Positions 37,095 through 45,812 of a stretch of 64,000 bases of DNA are shown here, in pieces. Location: the NCBI GenBank assembly GCA_963793265.1, contig CAWBZI010000006.1, positions 672,001 through 736,000 of the forward strand. The letters run 5' to 3'. Below the pieces are notes generated by a model, which did not search any database, was not told the origin of the DNA, and saw only the letters and a list, made by a program, of their open reading frames with translations. How positions within the stretch are numbered: position 1 is the stretch's first letter; each line of letters begins with the position of its first letter. The stretch comes from an uncultured cyanobacterium. Lineage in GTDB: Bacteria; Cyanobacteriota; Cyanobacteriia; Phormidesmidales; Phormidesmidaceae. The position numbers were made by a program, and so were the translations under genes.

Positions 37095-39203
37095 CTACTG
37101 GGCCTTCTGCACGGTGGCATATTCACCTGTAAGCTTGCCTAACTGCTGCACAAGCAGGCTTAAGAACAGGCCAACATCTGTGACGACGCCCGTGGACTCA
37201 ACCGAACCGCGATCGCTCAGCTTCGTCACCACCGCCGGGTTAATATCCACACACACCATCTTCACACCTGCGGGTGTCATATTCCCTACCCCAATCGAGT
37301 GCAGCATCGTCGAGAGCATCAAGATTAAATCCGCCCCTTCGATCAAACGCGCATAGTCCGTCTGCGCCTCTATCAGGTTCATCTTCGTATCGGGCAGCGG
37401 GCCATCGTCACGAATGGAGCCCGCTAAGGAAAACGGCACGTTGTTTTTTACGCACTCATACATCACGCCGCTGGTAAGTGCGCCTTTTTCAACCGCGTTG
37501 GCAATGCTGCCATACCGACGGATCGTGTTAATCGCTTTGAGGTGATGACGGTGACCGCCCTGAACAGAAACGCCGCGTTTCATGTCCATACCGAGCGAAG
37601 TGCCCATCATCGACTGCTCAATATCATGCACCGCGATCGCATTCCCACCTAACAAAGCATGGATATAACCACCTTTGATCAGCTTCTTCAAATGCTCACT
37701 GCCGCCCGTATGAATTACTACCGGGCCAGCCGTGACCACGACTTTGCCACCGCGATCACGAATCCGCCGCAAATCCCAGGCAATCTGCTCAACGACTAGC
37801 TCTACTCGGCGTTCACTAGAAACGCCCGCACCCATAAAGCTAAAGTCATCTGTTTTCTTTTTCAGCGAAGGAGCCGTACGCAAAGTATGAATACCTTTAC
37901 TGCCGACCACAACGTCTTCGCCTACTTTTAAATCGCGCAAAAGCTTGCAGGTCGCAACAGGCTTACCGGCTTCATGGGTAATCGCGATCGCCCCATCCAT
38001 ACGCTGCCCCTGTACCCGATACCAGTGGTCGCCAATCAGCACTTCCGAAGGATAAATCGTCGTTACGTAAAAGTCATCAGGCGCAACGCCGTCTTGCACC
38101 ACGGCCTCCAATTTTGCAGGGGTCGCTTCTTGGGGCAAACTCACTGCGCCCAGGTCAATAAGCTGACCCATAATGTCATCCATCACCGTAGTATCTGGCG
38201 CGACCACTTTCACCTCAGCAACAGATGTGTCTTGGCGCTGAGCCCCCAAATCAAAATTAAGCACCTGGAAGCTGCCACCGCCAGTGGTGATCGTATCGAG
38301 CGCCCGATTGACGATGCCAGAATCTAACAGGTGACCTTCTAAATGCACGACTCTGCTTTGAATGGTAGAGACTTTAGGCGTCTGTTTCTTAGGCTCAACA
38401 ACTTTAAGCGTTAGGCACTTAGCTGCACCGCCTGCTTTTAAGAACTCAGTCAAAGGCGTTTCTTCTATGGTAAAACCGCGATCGCCTAAAGCCTTTTTCA
38501 GCGTATCGCTCGCCTGATTCATCACCACAACTTTGCCAACATTCACCGTATTGCAGGCAAAGTTAATCGCATCGACTTCTTCAACGACAATTCGCTTTTC
38601 TTCAGGCACCCGCATTTCAATCAGCCGATTAGAATACGCATCAAAAGCAGGCGGATAGTACATCAAATACCCGCCTTCTAAAGGGCAAAAGCACGTATCC
38701 AAATGATAGAACCGGCTGTCTACAAGCCGCAGAGACAGTACCTCTACGTCTAGCCACTCAGCTAGGTAAGGATGAGAATCTAGCTCAGAGCGAAACCCAT
38801 AACCGGCCCACAGCCAGCCGCCAGCGCGATCGATCAGCGCGTCACCGGCCCCTTCAAACGGAAGACTTTTAGGTAGCGTATGCACCGTAAAGCCATTGTC
38901 TTCAAACCACTTTTGGAAAAAAGGCTCCTCGCCCTGACGCTCAGGATGCAAAAACCGGCTAAGCACAACGCGATCGCCCAGCACCAGCCCTGCATTCGCC
39001 GCAAACACCATATCCGGCCAGCCTTTCTCAGGCTCTACCAGCTCCACCGTCACATGCTTTTTCAGCACGCCGTACAGCTTATTCCACTGGGCCTCAGCGC
39101 GCTCCCGCGACGAACGGTGAATATTGCCTTCCATCCATGGATTGATTACATAGTCCACATCGTAATGGTGGGGCGGGCACATCAAAATTCGCATATCGGT
39201 CAT
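37095..39203 (-). CDS. argZ: Arginine dihydrolase / ornithine cyclodeaminase (ArgZ/AgrE)
   Basis: N-terminal amidinotransferase fold (INPWM, FEGAGD, FYHLDTCF, GGAAKCLTL), EGHLLDSG middle domain, LAGSIRDDGPLPDT C-domain. ATG at 39203 follows AGGAGG. Confidence 0.93.
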   Translation of the reverse strand: MTDMRILMCPPHHYDVDYVINPWMEGNIHRSSRERAEAQWNKLYGVLKKHVTVELVEPEKGWPDMVFAANAGLVLGDRVVLSRFLHPERQGEEPFFQKWFEDNGFTVHTLPKSLPFEGAGDALIDRAGGWLWAGYGFRSELDSHPYLAEWLDVEVLSLRLVDSRFYHLDTCFCPLEGGYLMYYPPAFDAYSNRLIEMRVPEEKRIVVEEVDAINFACNTVNVGKVVVMNQASDTLKKALGDRGFTIEETPLTEFLKAGGAAKCLTLKVVEPKKQTPKVSTIQSRVVHLEGHLLDSGIVNRALDTITTGGGSFQVLNFDLGAQRQDTSVAEVKVVAPDTTVMDDIMGQLIDLGAVSLPQEATPAKLEAVVQDGVAPDDFYVTTIYPSEVLIGDHWYRVQGQRMDGAIAITHEAGKPVATCKLLRDLKVGEDVVVGSKGIHTLRTAPSLKKKTDDFSFMGAGVSSERRVELVVEQIAWDLRRIRDRGGKVVVTAGPVVIHTGGSEHLKKLIKGGYIHALLGGNAIAVHDIEQSMMGTSLGMDMKRGVSVQGGHRHHLKAINTIRRYGSIANAVEKGALTSGVMYECVKNNVPFSLAGSIRDDGPLPDTKMNLIEAQTDYARLIEGADLILMLSTMLHSIGVGNMTPAGVKMVCVDINPAVVTKLSDRGSVESTGVVTDVGLFLSLLVQQLGKLTGEYATVQKAQ

Positions 39204-39574
39204 GGGATTATCCTCCTTGAAAACACGCTGGCAAAAACACTGCAAGGCAGCAGGTTAAATAACGAAAAAATACCAGGACTTAAAAGCTTATATAAATACG
39301 GGCTTAAAAACATGTAGAGGCGATCGCCAATCACAGGAGAATTTCACAAGCTACACGCACAAGTAAATTTCAGAGGCCAATCCCGTAGCGCACAAAACAG
39401 CGCATTACGCATCGATATTTCTATGCCTAAAGATAGATGCCTGAATTACGCTAATAATAGTCGCTTTTACTCAGCACAACAGAACATGTAAAACGCCTCT
39501 TTAATCAAACATTTAGCAACAGATTTATGCGCATAACAGAACGATTGCGTTTCGACACACAACAGAAATATTAT

Positions 39575-39588
39575 GTAGCATCTGCTAC
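39575..39588. promoter_or_regulatory. Putative NtcA box GTA-N8-TAC upstream of argZ
   Basis: GTA-GCATCTGC-TAC, near-palindromic, ~370 nt upstream of argZ. Confidence 0.5.
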
Positions 39589-40144
39589 TTAAAGAGATTG
39601 CGTACGCCTATCCAATAGCCAGTAAATCCTTTAGCACCACAGGGATTGAGCACGATTTACAAATTATTAGCACACAAGCCTATGTCAGGAAATCATAACC
39701 AAAAGGCTTTCTTTGGCAGAAAAGGGTGATGTAAAATACCGATGTAGGAATAAAGGAGTATCGAACTGTTGATTATTGTTTTGTTTGAATGGTAAAACAA
39801 AATTTACTTAGTTAAGAACGACGAAACAATAAGCTTATGCGCACGTCACTAAAGGGCTCGCAAGGGACAGATTGAAGTTAGGTTGCTGAGAAAGGAATTT
39901 CTGAGGACAGCAACCAGAAATAAATACTAAAACAGATACTAAAACAAAAAGATTCCTTGAGGAAATCTTAAATATCTAGGGCAGATACTTAATCTGTACT
40001 GGAAGGAGCGGTGCCTAATACCTGATACGCCACTGAATCGCAGCAGATAGCCAAAAACCCATAAGACTTTCCTATCGATGCTATCAGGATCTAATATTGA
40101 AATTACCCCAACAAGCCTATAACCTTAGTAGTAAGCTTGCTAAA

Positions 40145-40160
40145 TGTATCCCCTTTTACA
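40145..40160. promoter_or_regulatory. Putative NtcA box TGTA-N8-TACA
   Basis: TGTA-TCCCCTTT-TACA ~190 nt upstream of the DUF4327 gene. Confidence 0.5.
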
Positions 40161-40348
40161 GAAAGGAAGGATGTTTTGATCGGGTTTTGATTGAACTGAC
40201 GACATAACGCATAGCGCTCAGAAGTATCTCAGTTTCCACAGACAGTATTTTCACAGTTTGTTTTCGCAAAAGAAACAGGTCTGCTAGAGCTTATTGATTG
40301 CTCTTAACTCCCCATTATTCATTCACACCTTACATCAAGGAACACATC

Positions 40349-40573
40349 ATGCTCAAAGAAGCACGTCAGTATTCAATCAATGTCATTCAAGACGAAGTAC
40401 GCGCCCTGGTTACAAAAGGCTCGATTGGTAAGCAAAATCAAATCTATTCGCTATCTCGTTACTTTGGTGATAGAGAGTGGCCTGTGGTTGAAAGGATTTT
40501 GGAAACTAACGACTACTTGCTAAGAGACTACGTTTACGACCTTATTGGTCAAGAGTCTTGGGCGAGCGACTAA
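40349..40573 (+). CDS. DUF4327 family small cyanobacterial protein
   Basis: YSINVIQDEVRALV...IYSL...EW..VE..LE.NDYLLRD...DLIG.E.W pattern. Confidence 0.8.
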   Translation: MLKEARQYSINVIQDEVRALVTKGSIGKQNQIYSLSRYFGDREWPVVERILETNDYLLRDYVYDLIGQESWASD

Positions 40574-40667
40574 GTTTGCAGAGCCCTCACAAGCTCTCTA
40601 TTTCAAGAGTTCTTTTAGGCTGTTGGCTAAGATTCCCAACCAAGTCGATACAAACTATATTTAAGAC

Positions 40668-40705
40668 AAGTCCGCTCAAACCTAAATCTGAGCGGACTTA
40701 TTTTT
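40668..40705 (+). terminator. Intrinsic terminator between convergent genes
   Basis: AAGTCCGCTCA / TGAGCGGACTT stem followed by ATTTTT. Confidence 0.7.
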
Positions 40706-40756
40706 ATGAGATAGTCTTTTCATGAGATAGTCATGAGAACTTCGGCTGTACGAACG

Positions 40757-40996
40757 TTAGATATACGAACTGCCTTTCAGCGGAGGTTTATTCAGATTAG
40801 CTTTGCCAACAACGTATATCATTTCGCAGGGGTCATCCACTCTTTTAGAGGCCCCTCTTAGCTCAAAACCAATTACCTTTCCATCCTCGTTGTAGTCCAG
40901 AATCAGACCTGGGGAAAGCTGGGCAGTTTCTTCGATCAAGTCCTTATTAAACGAAACCTGCAAAATATCTTTATCTGAATCGTAGAGTACTTTCAT
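40757..40996 (-). CDS. DUF2283 family protein
   Basis: MKVLYDSDKDIL...PGLILDYNEDGKVIGFELRGASKR. Confidence 0.85.
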   Translation of the reverse strand: MKVLYDSDKDILQVSFNKDLIEETAQLSPGLILDYNEDGKVIGFELRGASKRVDDPCEMIYVVGKANLNKPPLKGSSYI

Positions 40997-41236
40997 GTGA
41001 ACGTTCGCAAAATGCTAGAGAGTGGCCCACTTTGGATTTAAGTAGCTGTATTCAATGATAAGGCGAGAGAAACCACTACGGCGAATTTAAAACAGACGGC
41101 AAAAGTGGCTGACATGCGATCGCTAAAACCACGCTCGTAAAAACGCAGTGAGTGTGTCTTAAAAGACAGTCAAAAAAACCACTAACTAGCATTGTATGGT
41201 TAAAGATAAGCCATCTGCTGTTTTGCTCACGTCATA

Positions 41237-42955
41237 TTGGACTCGATACTCGTTATGCCTAGTTTTGAAAGAAAGGCGGCGAAGCCCGCTACGATTCGCC
41301 CAATCGGCGTATATGTTCTTTCCGGGCTGGCAACGGCTGATACCGCGAGCGGCAAGCGACTATTGGCAGTCGATACGCTGCGGGGTTACTTGGTAGAGGT
41401 TGACCTAAAAACGAACAACACCACTATTTTAAATTCTCATCAGGTCGCTGAATGGATTGGCGCAACGGGGCTCGCAGTTGCAGACGGCACCGTCTGGTTT
41501 ACGCAAGGGGCCTCTGTTTTTAAGTGCGCGCTTAAAGGTGTTTCTGAGAACGCAGCCGAGCTAGTACCCCTGACACCAGAGTTTTTTGCGAAGCTCGCTT
41601 ATCCTGCTGATGGGGTGGCTGTTTGGGGTTCCGATGTCTATGTAACCTGTGAAAAGTCTGGGCATATTCATGTTTACGACCAGCAAAGCGCAGAGCTTAA
41701 AGGTGAGTTTCGTCAGCCGGGCGTTGGGGTTGAAAACATTACGGCGACTGAAGATGAGCTTTGGGTATGCGATCGCACAGAGCAATCCGTCTACTGTCTA
41801 GAAAGATCTAATGGCTCAGTAAAGTTCAGCGTCATCACCCCGTTTAGCTCACCCACCGGCATCACGCTCTTTCCGCAAGATTCAGGCCAGCCCCCCGTTT
41901 GCTACGTTGCCTACGCGAATGAAGAAGCCTATATTCGTGACGATCCAAACGCGGCTAATCCTTACCAGCTTACGTTTCGCGATCGCACCTTCATCCACCC
42001 CCTCTTCATCCATCACAACGAGCAAGCCCGCTACACCCTCTCCAACGGCTACCTCACCGAACTTTCCTACGTCGAAGAACTCCTCCCACTCGAAGACGTA
42101 CCCGCCCTTAGCAACGTAGAATGGCGCATTGCGCTGCCTGCCGACACCCCACGACAAAAAGTCCGCCATGTAGAAGCCATCGGCCACCCCTTCACTGAAG
42201 AAATTCAGGACGGTCAGCGCGTCGCCGTTTATAAATTCGATGGGCTTACCCCGACCCAAGCAGGCTTAGTCGGCTGGAAAGCTGTCGTCGAAATGTATAG
42301 CATCAAGTACAGCCTGACGCCGCTTGACGTAACCGCAACGCCGCCGCTCTCAGAAGAATTTCAGCAGCGCTATCTGGTTGATGATGACGAGCTAGCTATG
42401 GACTCAGACATCATCCAGGCAGCGGCCAAAGAAGCCGTTGGTAGCGAAACCAACATCTTGCGTAAAGCACTCAGAATCCGTAACTACGTCTACGATCAGC
42501 TTTCATACGGCATCCAGCCCAAAATCGACACCCCTGATATTGCCCTCAAGCGTGGCGTCGGTTCCTGTGGTGAATACGTCGGCGTTTTGCTCGCACTCTT
42601 TCGCCTAAACGGCATTGCCTGCCGCACCATTGGCCGCTACAAGTGCCCACAAACGCCAGAGATGCGAAATCTTCCTTTAGAACCTGACTATAACCACGTG
42701 TGGCTAGAGTTCTACATTCCAGATATCGGCTGGCTTCCTATGGAATCAAACGTAGATGACGTAATTGATCGCGGCCCGTATCCTACTCGATTCTTCATGG
42801 GGCTCGCCTGGTACCACACCGAACTGGGCAAAGGCATTCCCTTCGGCAAGCTCAAAGCAGACAACAGACCCGAAAAGTTCTCGTTAGGAAATCTCGCCAT
42901 CAACCATATTCGCTTTACGATACTAGATGAGCTAGATCCATCTGATTCCGCGTAA
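41237..42955 (+). CDS. Transglutaminase-like domain protein with N-terminal beta-propeller
   Basis: GSCGEY (Cys), NHVWLEFY (His), GWLPME. Start may be ATG 41255. Confidence 0.85.
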   Translation: MDSILVMPSFERKAAKPATIRPIGVYVLSGLATADTASGKRLLAVDTLRGYLVEVDLKTNNTTILNSHQVAEWIGATGLAVADGTVWFTQGASVFKCALKGVSENAAELVPLTPEFFAKLAYPADGVAVWGSDVYVTCEKSGHIHVYDQQSAELKGEFRQPGVGVENITATEDELWVCDRTEQSVYCLERSNGSVKFSVITPFSSPTGITLFPQDSGQPPVCYVAYANEEAYIRDDPNAANPYQLTFRDRTFIHPLFIHHNEQARYTLSNGYLTELSYVEELLPLEDVPALSNVEWRIALPADTPRQKVRHVEAIGHPFTEEIQDGQRVAVYKFDGLTPTQAGLVGWKAVVEMYSIKYSLTPLDVTATPPLSEEFQQRYLVDDDELAMDSDIIQAAAKEAVGSETNILRKALRIRNYVYDQLSYGIQPKIDTPDIALKRGVGSCGEYVGVLLALFRLNGIACRTIGRYKCPQTPEMRNLPLEPDYNHVWLEFYIPDIGWLPMESNVDDVIDRGPYPTRFFMGLAWYHTELGKGIPFGKLKADNRPEKFSLGNLAINHIRFTILDELDPSDSA

Positions 42956-42978
42956 ACGTTATTTAACCCGTATCTTCC

Positions 42979-43908
42979 ATGAACAACAAATATTCTCTTA
43001 TTATCCACGGCGGGGCAGGGGCACTAGAAGACCTTAAATACGAAGCGGGTGAATCAGAATTTAAGACCAGCATTATCGAGATTTTAGAAGCCGGTCGTCA
43101 GCGGCTTGAGAAAGGAGACTCGGCCCTAGATGTTGTTGAATTCTGCGTCAACTTACTAGAAGACAATCCGCTTTACAACGCAGGCAAAGGATCTGTTCTC
43201 AATGAAAACGGTCAGGTAGAAATGGACGCGGCCCTGATGAATGGTAGCGATCTGAGTGCAGGTGCGGTTACCTGTGTCAAGAACGTCAAGAATCCGATCT
43301 CTCTTGCTCGCCAGGTGCTAGAACAGGGCGACCACGTAATGCTCGCAGCCGAGGGTGCACTAGAGTTTGCCAAATTCTGCAACGCGCCCCTACGCCCCGA
43401 CGACTATTTCATCACCCAGCCGCGCATCAAGCAGCTCGAAGAAGCCATAGCAGCCGGACGTATGACTCTTGACCATGAGCGCATTAAGCCCGCGCAGAAA
43501 TTAGGCACCGTGGGCGCTGTCGCTCAAGACGTTGAAGGAAACCTCGCAGCGGCCACTTCTACCGGCGGCCTAGTCAACAAGCGCTGGGGCCGAGTCGGCG
43601 ATACGCCGGTAGTGGGTGCAGGCGTCTTTGCCGACAACGAAACCTGCGCAGTCTCGGCTACAGGATACGGCGAACAGTTCCTTCGCACCGTCCTTTCTAA
43701 AACAGTTTCGGACTACGTTCACTTCAAAGGCATGAGCGCCAGCGAAGCAGCTAAAGCAGGCATTGAGTATCTGGTTGCAAAGGTAAACGGCGAAGGCGGT
43801 GTAATCGTGATTGATGGCGAGGGTCGTTGTGCGGCGGCTCAATCCACCTCTGGCCTTATCCACGGCTGGATTGAGTCAGGGGAAGAAGCCATCTGTAAGC
43901 TAGGCTGA
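42979..43908 (+). CDS. iaaA: Isoaspartyl peptidase / L-asparaginase (Ntn hydrolase)
   Basis: IIHGGAG, LEDNPLYNAGKGS, GTVGAVA nucleophile, ATSTGG, GRVGDTP, SATGYGE. Confidence 0.92.
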   Translation: MNNKYSLIIHGGAGALEDLKYEAGESEFKTSIIEILEAGRQRLEKGDSALDVVEFCVNLLEDNPLYNAGKGSVLNENGQVEMDAALMNGSDLSAGAVTCVKNVKNPISLARQVLEQGDHVMLAAEGALEFAKFCNAPLRPDDYFITQPRIKQLEEAIAAGRMTLDHERIKPAQKLGTVGAVAQDVEGNLAAATSTGGLVNKRWGRVGDTPVVGAGVFADNETCAVSATGYGEQFLRTVLSKTVSDYVHFKGMSASEAAKAGIEYLVAKVNGEGGVIVIDGEGRCAAAQSTSGLIHGWIESGEEAICKLG

Positions 43909-43925
43909 TAAAAGTAAAGGAACAA

Positions 43926-44744
43926 ATGATGAGAGCTGCTATTATCGGCTGCGGATACGTGGGAACAGCAGTTGCCCAGCGCTGGAAAGAGCAAGGGCTA
44001 GATGTGCTAGCGACGACCACTCGTCAGGAGCGGGTCGAGGATCTGAGTGTGATCGCTCATAAAGTAGAAGTGCTAGTCGGGGCAGATAGCGATCACCTCC
44101 AAGCTGTCCTTTCAGATCGCCAAATCGTCCTCCTCTGCGTCGCCTCCAAACGTGGGTCAAGCTATGCCGACACCTACCTCAAAACCGCCCAAACTATCGC
44201 CAAAGTGCTCCCGCATACGCCCGTAGAACAGCTCATCTACACCAGCAGTTGCTCCGTTTACGGCCAGCACAACGGCGCTTGGGTCACCGAACTCATGCCG
44301 CCCAAGCCCATTACTGACAATGGCAAAATTATTGAACAAACTGAAGAGACTTTGCTTTCGGCTACTAGCCCACAGCAAAAGGTGTGCGTGCTGCGGCTCG
44401 GCGGCATTTATGGGCCTGGTAGAACCTTAGAGAGAATCTACAGCCGTGCTGCGGGAACAACGCGGCCAGGCAAAGGAGAAGAAGGCACTAACTGGGTGCA
44501 CTTGAACGATATTGTAGAAGGGATTGACTGGGCTAGAACGCGGCAGCTATCGGGCCTGTATAACTTGGTGCAGGATGAAGTGTTGACAGTGAGAGAGTTG
44601 ATTGATGAGGTGTGCGATCGCCACAACATAGCCCCCGTCACCTGGGATGAAAGCCAGCCCAGCACCCGCAAAAACGTTCGCGTTTCCAACGGCAAAATCA
44701 AAAAGACTGGCTACGAATTTGTTCATCCGACCTTCGAGCTATAG
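43926..44744 (+). CDS. Atypical SDR / NAD-dependent epimerase
   Basis: IIGCGYVG, YTSSCSVYG, LRLGGIYGPGR, NWVHLNDI. Confidence 0.88.
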   Translation: MMRAAIIGCGYVGTAVAQRWKEQGLDVLATTTRQERVEDLSVIAHKVEVLVGADSDHLQAVLSDRQIVLLCVASKRGSSYADTYLKTAQTIAKVLPHTPVEQLIYTSSCSVYGQHNGAWVTELMPPKPITDNGKIIEQTEETLLSATSPQQKVCVLRLGGIYGPGRTLERIYSRAAGTTRPGKGEEGTNWVHLNDIVEGIDWARTRQLSGLYNLVQDEVLTVRELIDEVCDRHNIAPVTWDESQPSTRKNVRVSNGKIKKTGYEFVHPTFEL

Positions 44745-44775
44745 CTGACCTGTAGTCGTCTACAAACCTAAGCAG

Positions 44776-44964
44776 CTATGCCATTTCACGACAGGAGTTA
44801 GCGCATGCCCGGCAAGACTTGGCGCAGCGCTGGCAGTGATCAAACTCGTGAGAACCGCACTCTTCAGCACAGCGATCACACGCATCCGCACACACACTGC
44901 ACACTGCCTGATGCACCGTCGACTGACGCGACAACCTACCGTTTGATATATCGTAAAGCGACAT
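44776..44964 (-). pseudogene. C-terminal half of a four-helix-bundle copper-storage protein (DUF326/Csp-like)
   Basis: CSVCADACDRCAEEC...HCQRCAKSCRACANSCREMA Cys repeats; the N-terminal Cys-rich half is absent. Confidence 0.65.
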
Positions 44965-44974
44965 TCAGCCTGAG

Positions 44975-45772
44975 CTACAGCACATCTGGATCGATACCCA
45001 ACTCACGCAGCTTCGCTACCAATACGGCATTGCGACTGCGTTCTTTGTCAACCTGCTGCTGTGCCGCTATTGCTTTTTGCTGCTCTTCGTCAGCCTGCCG
45101 CTGTGCCGCTATTGCTTTTTGCTGCTCTTCGTCAGCCTGCTGTAGCGCTAGCTCAGTAGCTTCCTCTAAGGTAGGCACCAGCGCCCCATCAGCCGTAAAA
45201 AATCTCAGCGCGCCTTCACGAACGCCCAGATATAGCCCCAACTGCTGACTCCACAGATGACCTGACTCGTTAGGCTCCAGTGCTCTATAAGTGCCACCTA
45301 CCAACTGAAAGCCCTGAAACTCCGAACCGTTAGGATCAAACCAAAAGTAGTCAGGGGTGCGAAATATGTCTTGATAGAGCTGCTTTTTCAAGCCGCGATC
45401 CACCTTTGCTGTCGAGGCTGAAAGCAGTTCTATGATGACGTTGGGATATTTTCCGTCTTCCTCCCACACAACCCAGCTGTTTCTAGGACGTTTCTCGGTG
45501 CCTAACACGACAAAAAAGTCTGGTCCTCTAAAATCTTCAGACTTCCGGCGACGCTGGCTGTAGTAAACCGTTAGATTTCCCGCCGCGAAGTAGTCAGTAC
45601 GGTCTTTCCAAAGCCAGTCTAAGCACTTGAGCAGCAGTACCATCTGCTGTAGGTGAAGGTAGGTTTCCAAAGGGGGTTCATCGCTATAGAGATTACCAGG
45701 GGGAAACACTACCTCATCTATTGGCGTGTCGCTAGGGATATCTTTGATATATTCAGGCGCTAAGGGAGACAT
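44975..45772 (-). CDS. Uma2 family PD-(D/E)xK endonuclease-like protein
   Basis: SDEPPLETYLH, FRGPDFFVV, SWVVWEEDGKYPNVIIELLS, YFWFDP, LRELGIDPD tail. Confidence 0.92.
   Translation of the reverse strand: MSPLAPEYIKDIPSDTPIDEVVFPPGNLYSDEPPLETYLHLQQMVLLLKCLDWLWKDRTDYFAAGNLTVYYSQRRRKSEDFRGPDFFVVLGTEKRPRNSWVVWEEDGKYPNVIIELLSASTAKVDRGLKKQLYQDIFRTPDYFWFDPNGSEFQGFQLVGGTYRALEPNESGHLWSQQLGLYLGVREGALRFFTADGALVPTLEEATELALQQADEEQQKAIAAQRQADEEQQKAIAAQQQVDKERSRNAVLVAKLRELGIDPDVL
45056..45139. repeat. 42-bp tandem duplication in the Uma2 coiled-coil tail
   Basis: Two near-identical copies encoding QADEEQQKAIAAQ(R/Q). Confidence 0.9.
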
Positions 45773-45812
45773 AGCCGCTCACGTGCTTAGATAGCTTCAG
45801 TTTAGCTTGCAG

